NCBI GenBank assembly: GCA_025201805.1
Contig: MU619250.1
Coordinates: 272,425 to 336,424 of the forward strand
Length of the DNA: 64,000 bases
Reading direction: 5' to 3'
Source of the DNA: Parasitella parasitica NRRL 2501
Lineage: Eukaryota > Fungi > Mucoromycota
Part shown: positions 40,693 through 51,016 of the stretch, in pieces
How positions within the stretch are numbered: the first letter of the stretch is position 1
Layout of the letters: each line of letters starts with the position of its first letter
The notes under the pieces: model-generated
What the model was told of the DNA's origin: nothing
The model's database searches: none
The model's input: the letters and a program-made list of their open reading frames with translations, nothing else
Program-made: the position numbers and the translations under genes

Positions 40693-41275
40693 AAAACCAA
40701 GCTTACACTCAACAAAAAACATTGACCAAAACCCACACAAAAACAAAACAGACAAAAATAAAAAAACAAAAAAGAAAAAAAAAAAATCAGAAAAAAAAAG
40801 ACAGTAGAAAAAAAGAAAGCATCAGAAAACACCGCAAAGCAAAAAAACTACCCAAAAACACAGGTTATAATAATCGACAAGAGCACAAAAGACTACATCA
40901 AACAAAGAGAAAAGTTCATGCGTGCTACTTTCAAGCAAAGATCGATACGGATGATACCCGTAAGAATAAAAAGATGCAGAGCAAAATAAAAGAGGCGCCG
41001 TGGGATCATCTTTGTAACAAACATCAAGACCAATATTTTCAATTCCGTTTAAAAGGTCTATAGCACGAGCCTTGCTGTATGGTTCGCAGTAGAACATACA
41101 AATCGCTTTCTCGCGTGTTATGGTGTTCATTAGTGTTCCAATTTTTTTTTGTAAAGAATTATAAATTGTTTAGAAAAACAAAAAGGACGATGTCCTCTAC
41201 GACGTCCTCTACGACGTCCACTTCGACGCAGACTGAGCTTGAAAAAGGACGACGTCCTCTACGACGTCCTCTACT

Positions 41276-41560
41276 ATGGATAATGCACCGATCCATACCT
41301 CAGATAGTGTCACTAACTTAATCGAAATGAGAGGTTATAGAGCTATATATCTTCCCCCATATTCCCCTGAGCTCAATCCTGTTGAAAACTTCTGGTCCAT
41401 TATCAAGAATTCGGTTAAGCAAAGTGAATTTACAGAAACACAAGACTTGAAAACCAGAATTGTCGAAGCCAGTGAAAGTGTCAGCAGAAAGGCCCTTTAT
41501 AACACTGCCAATCATTCTCTTAATAATTTTGAAAAATGCTTTAATAAAAAATCACTCTAG
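41276..41560 (+). pseudogene. Tc1/IS630-type (DDE_3) transposase C-terminal fragment, right arm
   Basis: Same 94-aa fragment as 40132-40416 except F/L at one site. Confidence 0.9.
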
Positions 41561-41942
41561 TCAATATCTTGTAATTTTTTAAGAGCGAACTTTTCAAATG
41601 TAAAAACGAACTTTGGGCGATGCCAAAGCGAATTTGAATGATTTACAAAAACGAACTTTGACCAATCAAAAAGCGAATTTTCGGCTGCGAAAAAAGCAAA
41701 TTTCAGTCGACGACAAAAGCGAATTTAGCACTTTGGAAAGCGAACTTCGGGAGTGGAGCCGCTGTAAAAACTGGTGTTTTATTTTTATTTTGTTTTTGTT
41801 TTTTTTTCTTTAGAAATGCAAATAAACAAATGGAGGGTAAGAAAGTGAAAAAGGCAAGAGTATATTGTATGTATTTGGAAAAGGAAAAAAGCAAAGAGAG
41901 ACAGGATTATCACTTTTTTTTTTTTTTTTTTTGATTGAAAAA

Positions 41943-44900
41943 TTAATTGTCAGAGGTTAGAGGCATTGGCAATGATAGCGATGGTGAAATGACAGCCTCA
42001 TTTACATGTAAACCAGTCTTGCGTCCTCTGTTACGGCTGTAGCCAGAAGCATAATGATGCTGTTGTTGATAGCTGCCTCTACCGCCTGCTGTAACTCTCC
42101 CCGCGCCCTTTGCTGGTGAGCCATCCGTCACAACAGACCATGGGCGAGCCGCTCCAAGTGCGCCACCGCCCCCCCGTTTACGATTTGAATTACCTCTACC
42201 ATTGGTTTGACAAATGCTAGGATATCTGGAATGTTTATGGCCATTTTTTGTATCGGTACTCAATGCGTGCTCATTGTTAAAAGGTCGGCGATGCTGCCAG
42301 GACAACGTAGGATAGTAGATGGGTTGCACATTTTCCGTTCCCGCCAGCGGATAAGGTACTGCATATTGATTACTGGATAAATAAGCTTGCTGAGGCTTGA
42401 GGTACACACCGATAGGACGGTGCTGCTGTTGGTGATGATGTTGAGATGGAGGACCTGATTCGAGAGGAGAGAAAAAGCACAGCTAGTCAATTATACAAAG
42501 CCATGTCATCAACATTCGCTATCAAAACTTACCTTCAGGTTCGACACTTTTAGAAGAATTAACGCTACCAGGACATGTTGGCTGACCAGGATATCGATAC
42601 ACTAATACAGGAAAATGCCTGTTTACATGCATTTTTCTTTGCTGCGGAGGATGTGATTTGGACAGTGCAGATGCTGTACTATTACTGTTGCTAGTTACAG
42701 TCGTTGCAGTCGTAGCGACGCTGATAGCCTCCTCCTCCTCCACTTGAATTGCAGTGTTAGTTTGCCCCATCAGGGTAATTTCCTCGTCAGATTCTTCCGT
42801 ATCCACCATGAAGCTCATATTAGCAGGTTTTCTAGCAGCAAGTTTATCGATGAAATCAGGGAATATGGGCGAAGACGAGTTCTTTAGCAAGTTTGTCAAC
42901 CGAGTCTTTTTCGAAAGGATGGCCTTTTTTCCTGGCTCGTGTTTTTTCAATATCTCGATCACAACTGGGTTTTCTTCATTGTCTTTGTGATGGCTACTTG
43001 CAGCCACTCTGTCTCTGCTACTTTTGGCGCTGGTAGCAGTATCTCTACGACCTCCTCGACTACTACCGCCGTTTTGAGTGTTTCGCCCAGATCGTTTTTG
43101 ATTGCTGAAATTTTCATCACGAGTCCAGCCACCACGATTAGGAGTGCGACCATTCATTATAGTTGCAGGCATGGAACCCCACTCTTCGTCCTCGTAATTC
43201 AACACTTCAACATGCTGTTTTTGCTGCGCTTGTTCAGACAACTCGGACTTTTGCTGGCATTCTCGCTTCATCTCCTCCTCTACCTCCTTGACTCTTTTCT
43301 CTCGGTTCGACATATCGATCGCATTTTTCTCGGCTACCGTCTCTTGCAGTCTGACAGCAAAAGAAACCCAATCGGCGGAGGTGTTTTTCTGCTCAGCAGC
43401 AGCTGCTGGATCGGTTCTGATCGCAGAGACGTATTTTTCCCATTTCTCGTCATCGTCTGTCACTGATTTACTTGGCTTACCCTCCCCCTTTTCTTTCTTG
43501 TCGCCGGCGCGAGTCGGTTTGGGCTCTTTCTTTACGATGGCAACTGGTTTCGTTTCCTTTTTGAGTATTTGCGTAGGTGCGGGCAAGTGTTCACGGGAGG
43601 GAGATGTTTTAGGTTCGCTGTTTACAGCAGCCGCAGTCGCAGTGGTCGTTGCCGGTTTAGGTGCTTGTTTATTGGCAGCTACCAAATTCCAAGGCTTACT
43701 GGTATCCGGGATCTTGAACGATAGTGGCACTGCCTTGGACGCTGTTGCTGGAGCTGCATGAACAGGAGCCGTTTTTAACGGCGATGATGGTGATGATGAG
43801 GATGGTGGTGGTGGTGGTGACGATGATGATGACGAGGATGTATTGCGTTTAGCTGTCGCTGGTGTCTCAGCAGATGTCTCTACAGTCGATTTATCAGCAG
43901 CAGGCTTTTTTAATATCGTCATTGTCTTCAATTCGCTTTGCTTGGCAGCCAATGCGTCTGCCTTTTGCTTGGCGCGTTCGGCAACAGCCTTGAATTCTGC
44001 CTCTTGCTCTTCTAATCGTTTCTTGGCGCGTTCCGCGGCAGTCAGCATGAGACTTTTCTGCACTGCAGTGATTTCCTCACCACTATCAGTTGTGGCGACG
44101 GTGATAGGGTCAGGTGTGATTTGCAACGGATTGCCGCTATTTTCTTCACGAGAGTGATCTGATCTGAAACTTTGATCTGATAAACGCCGAGATCTAGGAA
44201 GAAAACCGGCGTGGTGGTATGATCCGTTGTCATGCTTCCTGTCGTAGCTAGATCTTCTATTTCCGTAATGTGGTTGCTCCGTGTTGTCTCGTCGAGTGGA
44301 TAGCGGCTGGGCAGTTTTACTAGTCCATCTGTCATTTGTACCTGAAGCAGACAAATTGCGTCGTTCGTAAGTTCCCTCTGTGCTAGCGCGCCTACTGTTG
44401 TAGCTTGCATTATTGTATCGGGAACTATACCCGTGATCCTCAGAACGACGATAAGATTTGTAATGAGGGTGGGGATGCTGGTTATGGTGGCTTTGGTTGT
44501 GATGCTGGTGATCGCTGTTGTCATGATGGTGGTGATATTGCTGCTTTGCAGGGTAACTTCTATCGTAATCGTCCGTAAAACGCTCCGAAGGTAAAACCGG
44601 ATCTGCAGCCTTGGAAGCAGCAGCAGCAGCTGAAGACGGACGACTGCCTGTGCTGGAAGAATCGGATTCCACTCGAATCTTTGTACCATCTTCGAATTCG
44701 ACCACGTCCACAGAGAATTCGTCCAGATCCTCACTCACCATCTGCTCTGCATGTTAATGACCTTGACAACCCAACACTACTTTGACGGCTTCTTACCTCG
44801 TCCCATGATATGTGGTTTGGATCTGACGAAGCATACATCAAGTACTCATCCTAAGTTATACATTAGTGCATCAGAGCTAAAAAGAAGAAAAAAAGCTAGC

Positions 44901-45671
44901 TTGACTAAAAAAAAAAAAAAAAGAGTATAAATCTTACAATCAGTGATGGTTTCTCTATATCATATATAAATCGTGTGAGTCAATTCTATTGGTGTGTGAG
45001 AAATTACGGTATATGCAGCAAGTCTACTTACTGTTGGTTCCAGAAGCGGCTTCAGCAGCTGTGGGGAAATCAGTTGAAGGAGCTGGGGTCTGCGTAATAG
45101 TAGGAACCGCCCATGCTCTTGCAGTTGTGCTGGCATTAGTTACTGCTGCAGCAGCTGCAGGAATCAAGACAGGTGATGTAGCTGTGTCTGGTGATTTCTT
45201 GGTTTTATCAATGATAGCCTCTGCAACCGGCTTTTTCTCTGGTGGTTGCGCTGATGGCTCAATGTCTGTCTGTGCTACTTGCTGCTGCACCATTGAGGGT
45301 GAACTAGAAGCCGAGCCCCAGCCATGGGATGTGGCAGGTGAGGATGCAAGAGCGTCCGAACCTACAGCATGCTCTCTTCGCAAACTAGGAAGGTTTATTG
45401 GACGAGGCGCTGATACTTTGCTGGAGAGCAGCCTTTGACGGGCTTGCGAGTTACGGTTACCTTGACACAGAGGGTTTATTTAGAGAGTTTCTGTGTTGTT
45501 CAATGCGTCTTATTTACCTGTATTAGTGTTGCTGTTGCTGCCGCTTCCGATGCTGCTGCTGTTGTTGTTCAACATGATGGGACTCTTTGGCGTTGTCGTG
45601 TATTTCTTTGAAGGCGTGCTTATTGGACTGGGAGACGTAAATCTGACAGATGGAGTATCTCCAGAAGACAT
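41943..45671 (-). CDS. PRRC2/BAT2-like low-complexity protein, multi-exon
   Basis: APRPINLPSLRREH..GWGS, RAWA, DFPTAAE, VEFEDGTK, helical LMLTAAERAKKRLEEQE segment and RG-rich C-terminus, resembling the BAT2_N/PRRC2 architecture. Confidence 0.65.
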
Positions 45672-45842
45672 TTAGTGTGTTTGTGTGTGTACGCGTTTTT
45701 ATTTAAAGAGGGAATGAAAAAGGATAATTTTCGTTCATGAGGTTCAAGTGAAATATAGGAGTGTGGAAAATGTTTGCAACCAGTAGTCTCTTTTTTTTTT
45801 GTGATACATGATCCCACATGGTTGGAAATGTTGTCAAATTAA

Positions 45843-48076
45843 TCAGCGTTTTTTATTGCCACCTAATGCAACGCTTTTAGGTATATAGAAGCTCTGAAAG
45901 AAGCTGACTATGGATAGCAACCCAATGATATAGTAAATTAAATGTCTGTCAAACGGAAACTGGTTTCCATCCTTGATTGATTTTGACCAGAGATAGCCCC
46001 CAAAGCTTGGCCCTACATTAAACATAAAACATTAGACATTTTGCTTCATTTTAGCAAGAATGTGAATGCGTGTATTACCCAATGCTCGCACAAGAGACAG
46101 ACATGATTGGCAAATTCTAAAAGCGAAAAAGTTTTGAGTCGTCCAGCAAAATAGTCCAACGTCGCAGCCTGCACTTACCCATTCACTGTGCCCAAAATTT
46201 CTGGAGCAGCAGATGTGCTCACCTGTTACATGGTAAAAAAAAAATGGATGAGACGATGGCCATATTGCACACACACACACACCCCAACACAATGCACTTA
46301 CCATAATACCCATTCCTGTATATGCTGAACAAACACCTCCATATCGAATCAACATTAAAAGCAAATATCCGAGCCTGAATGTCCAGTCTGAACTTGGGTC
46401 ACCACCCGGATGATTGGAAGCAACCCATGCTCTCAATGTAGACAGCTCAGGGAACAAAAAGTAGACTGGCAAAAATAAGAGAAAAGCAAACCTGCACAGA
46501 TCCAATATCGAGTAATGTCTGGTTAATCTGGGATAGACGCCAAACTGGAAAATAAGCTGAATAACACCAAAGAATGACAGTGTCTTTGCGAAATCAGTTC
46601 TTGTGATACCGAGTCCACCAGCGTTGACAGGAGCCGTGAAATACAGTGGCAATACTTCCTCAAACACCATGGCATGGAAGCCAAATATACTATGTGTGTA
46701 TAAACAAATGAGATTATGGACATTTCACAGCGACTTTACTTACGAATACGCAATGATGACAGCAAAGGAGGTTCTAGTAACAAGACGCATGGATCCGCTC
46801 TTTGGTATCATCCTCTTTGCTGTTGCTTCATCCATAGTATTGTTGTTGTTGTTGTTGTTGTTGCCTGTCAAGAGAGCCGTACGCTCGTTTGGCTCGTTTT
46901 CAGCGTCCCATCGCTTGTTGGCTAGCACAGTAGGGTTGGATTCCTTCAAGTAGAAATAACCAACGACAAAACCAATCATGGAGCCACAAGCAGAGACAAA
47001 GCAGGGCAAAAAGTAGGGATAATATGTAAAGAAGGCTGAGCCGCCAAAGATGTCAGGGAACTGTTCAGCCGGTCTTGCAAGATAGCCACCGAGAACTGGC
47101 CCAGCTTTTGTAGAGAGAAGAAGGTTAATTAGGCAGCTCTACATCCCCCCCCAAACGAAACACTCACCGATCATGCCTGTGCCCCAACAGAAGCCAAAGA
47201 TTGAGAACGCTTTTGCTTTATTTGTATTGTCAGTGATCTCACTGACCATACTGCGTGCAACACCTGAATTGCCATTCATGATGCCACACAATGCTCTTGA
47301 CGCAATGGCCCACCAGAGAGTCTTGCTTAGACCAAACAAGCAGGAAGAAACTGAATTTCCAACCAACCCTACCAGCAGGACAGGCCGTCTGCCGTATCGA
47401 TCTGATATTCTACCCCACATAATCGCAGTGCAGAACTGCGCAACAAAGAACACGGATGCTGCGGAATGCATGTTAATAGTTATGCCAATGCGTAATGTGA
47501 TCCGAACTTACTAATCCATCCTGCGTAAGCGCCAATTTCCTTTTCATCATCAGACAGGTGAAAGTCCTTGATCTACAATATACAAGCAATTAGGGCTCCA
47601 TGCGTTTCCTCTCCCCTGTGCTTTAAAAGAGTGAGCTTTGTACTTACCATAAAGTAGATGAATGGGAACAAGATGGTCGATGTCAGCGGCTCGCTGAAGA
47701 GCAAGATGGAAATCACTAGCATTTGTACTTTTGGTAGGGGCGTGATCTGCTCGTTATCAGCGCCGTCGATAGAGCTTTGATCAGATGAGTTGTCGTCGTT
47801 CAGCAGATGGTCCCCGTCGGCACCAGGATGCTTGAGCGACGACGCATTGGTGTGATGAGACCCTCTTCGTGTGTCCATAATCTTTGGGATGGCAATGATT
47901 GGAGTTGTGTGACCCGTCGAATTAAAATTGCTCAAATTAGAGTTGATTGACTGATTATTGCCATGCGGATAAAAGTGATTGTATGCAGCGCTGTTGTGAG
48001 CATCGTCCTCTGGCTCGTACAGATAACTGGAGATGCTGTCTGTGTAGCTCTTGGAGAGTGTGTCCTGAGGATCCAT
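45843..48076 (-). CDS. MFS transporter (ZIFL/YCR023C-like), multi-exon
   Basis: TPLPKVQM..SEPLTSTILFPFIYFM, WGRISDRYGRRPVLL (motif A), GIMNGNSGVARSMVSEITD, YPYFLPC. Confidence 0.9.
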
Positions 48077-48355
48077 GACTTGATGTGTACAGAATTAAGA
48101 AATGAAAAAGACAAGGAAAGACAAGGAAGAAAAAAACGAAGAAGAAAGAGGGGAAAAAAAGGAGATCGATGTAGAGCACATTATATACGTACATGTAGGG
48201 AACAACAACGAAAACTGTATAGCAAAAAAGAAAAATAACCTCGTTTTGGGGTCACATTGAGTCAGAAATAAGCATGCATTCCAAACAACCTCCTCGACGC
48301 ATTTAACATTAAAATAGAATAATTTATTATATATAGTAGAAAAGCAGCAACTAAA

Positions 48356-49767
48356 TTAGTAAAAGCTGTAGACCAGCGCCATTGACATGGCAAACAAACC
48401 TCCATTTACTGCAGCTGTGGCGGTTGCACCAGACTGCATACTTCCTGACCCATTGCCGTTGCTGGCTCCACCGCTGCCGCCGCTTCCGCCAGCCTTGTTG
48501 GGTGCCGAGGGATTCTGGCCAACAGTAGGCACCATATTAGACTCCTGCATGCTTGCCGTACAACTCCAGGTATTTCCCTTGACAATGTTCTCTCCCTTGA
48601 GCTTGCGTTCAATTTCTGAGCATCCTAATTGTGACGAAGTCGTCTGAAGACGCATGCCGCCACGCACATCCTGGAGCACAGGCAGGTTGTAGACGTTGAA
48701 GCCGCCTGCCAAGTCGACGGTGCCATGGATCTCAGCCAGCTTGGGGAAGCCGTCGATGGATGCCAACTGTGTGTTGTTACCAATCGATAAAGCGCCGTCA
48801 ATGCGCGTCAGGTTCTTGAAGGAGGTCTCTGTCAGCTTGTTGTTGTTGGCAATAGTCATAGTCCCGCCGATAAACTCGACCCTGTCCAGGTTGAGTACAG
48901 TCAATTCATTTTCATGGAAGGACAGGTCGGATTTCACGTTTGCCAATGCAGGCATGTCGACTTGAGCCAGATTAAGAAAGGTAGCCATCTTGATGGTAGC
49001 CAATTGATTTGCCTATTATTATGGACATTCCAGTTAACTGTGTGAGAAATACCCTCAAATTCAGCGTTATAAATGACTTACTTCAAATGTCATGAGCTTG
49101 TTGTTTCCAAGCAAAAGCATGTCGCCCGTAACTTCCTTGACTGAATTAAAGTCAAATGACTTCATGTAGTTGTTGCTCAGAAGCGTAAAGGAGTCGAGCG
49201 TTTCAGGTCTGAATCCGTCCACCTTGGGAGCGCGCGTGTCTTCAATGCGCATCGATTTTACCTTGCTAAGGCCTGCAGGGAAGCTGATTGTTTCGAGAGC
49301 AGGTAACACAGCCATGGAAAATGTCGTTGCTTCCGTCAGTTTAGGGAGCTCGACCTTGTTTAAAATAGTATGATTTTCAATCTTGATGGTACCATCCACT
49401 TTTTGCAATTCAGGGGCGCTGAATTTCTCAAGATCCGCATTGCCATTTAATAGTAAATCACCGATAAGCTGCTCAACACCCTCCATCTTGAGTTGCGTAG
49501 CTGTCATGTGGTCAATGTCAATCGTGCCCTTGAAGATCTTGCACGTCTTGATGGTGTCCAGATCCGCTTGGGCCATGACTTTAAAGTTCTTTTCGCACCC
49601 TGCCTCCACCTTGACATCGTTGCTCGTCACAGCAGCAGCTATTGATGTCTCTTTGTTACACGCATGTTTAGTACATTTTCGCTTCACTTCAACTTACATT
49701 CCTCAGCAGCGAATGCTCCTGCCCAAAGCGTTGCCAATATAATAGTTGTCAATGAAAAACGAGCCAT
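48356..49767 (-). CDS. Ecm33/Pst1/Sps2-family GPI-anchored cell-wall protein
   Basis: Signal peptide, receptor-L-domain repeats (FPKLAEIHGTVDL, LPVLQDVRGGM), Gly/Ser linker and hydrophobic GPI-signal-like C-terminus. Confidence 0.88.
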
Positions 49768-50095
49768 TATGAATAATGTTTTTTTTTAAACAAGGAAATA
49801 TGGGCATCAAAATACTTTACTTTTTATACTCTATTGTTGAATGTACATGTTGTCCGTTTTGAAATGAAAAGAATGATATTTGCTATTGGATCAAATTACA
49901 ACATTTTACCCACGTGTGTGTTTATGTTTTCTTCTTTATCATCATCATCACAAGATGGATCCAGTGCAAAAAGAAAGGGTATTCTACGAAACGCTCTCTG
50001 GACGATAATGGCCCACTTTTTGTCTTCTTTTTTTTTCTTTCCTTTCCTTCTGCATACAACTCACGTCTATTTCGCAACTAAATAGTGACAATAAC

Positions 50096-50365
50096 ATGGC
50101 TGTATTTTTAAACTTGACCTGTGGAAATGAGCAGGACGATTATCAGCATCGTCATCATCAAGGCCATCACAGAGAAACAACTTCTACCCATGATTTAGCA
50201 GAAATGATACTGTACTCATTTGTTGATGATGCACCTACCGTTGCCGACTTGTTGTGGTCGAAACAACAACAGAGTCAAGGCGAATTTCTTGCGCTTACGG
50301 ATGAACAAGAATGGTCTCAATTGCCTGTGGTCGATTATTCAACTCACGAGCCTTGTTTTCCTTAA
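50096..50365 (+). CDS. Small hypothetical protein (89 aa)
   Basis: ATG in good context (ACATGG) after a pyrimidine-rich leader; no recognisable family. Confidence 0.35.
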   Translation: MAVFLNLTCGNEQDDYQHRHHQGHHRETTSTHDLAEMILYSFVDDAPTVADLLWSKQQQSQGEFLALTDEQEWSQLPVVDYSTHEPCFP

Positions 50366-51016
50366 CTCTTTTTACAGCCATGACAATTTTTGTGAAGGCT
50401 AGTTTGGCTATTCTTTACAAAGTCTTGGTCAAATTACAGTAATTACCGGACAATTTAGATATGTTTCATCTCTGAAGCCCTTGACAAACTAGTAAACTTT
50501 CGCAAATAAATAAATAAAAAAAACCCCCCTCCCCCATCATTCTTATTGTGCCTTTCATTTTTGGATATGATAGCTGAAGCGTTTAGGAGCGTCAGATGGT
50601 ATAGTTTTTTAAGAAATTGCTTTGCTTTTGTCTTTCTGAGCTCGCTTTTCTTGCTTCTGCTGCCTTTATCACTGAATATCTCGAAATTTCTTTTAGCTTG
50701 TTTCAGAAGATATCCAGTACTTGTACTTGTTTAAAATCATCGTATTCCGGAACATTTCATACATTCACCATTTTCACCATTTTCAGGGCATTTATAACGA
50801 GGGGATGATACCCACATTTGTACAATCCGCAATTCTCTATGGCCATCTTACCCGTTTGACATGGTTAAACACAGTCAAATCGTGGTATATGGTATGAACG
50901 ACACGCTTTCTTTAAATAGCACGTTTATATAATGGCAATGTGACAATAACGTTTGCTTTATTTATTTGAGATGTGAGGATGGAGGCAGCCCTTTTTTTTT
51001 TCTTTTTTTTTTTCTT

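Larger units (their letters stand above)
39928..41764. mobile_element. Non-autonomous Tc1/IS630-derived foldback element with 765-bp inverted arms
   Basis: TA|CAGCGGCTCCACTCCC...GGGAGTGGAGCCGCTG|TA. Arms 39928-40692 and 41000-41764 are reverse complements with 4 substitutions seen by eye; each carries a transposase C-terminal fragment. Confidence 0.93.

Noticed and set aside
40650-41063. Lys-rich 137-aa ORF, and the C-terminal halves of ORFs 40562-40807 and 40822-41130
   Set aside because: They run through the loop, which is an artefactual merge of two orientations; the poly-Lys and Phe-rich translations follow directly from that.
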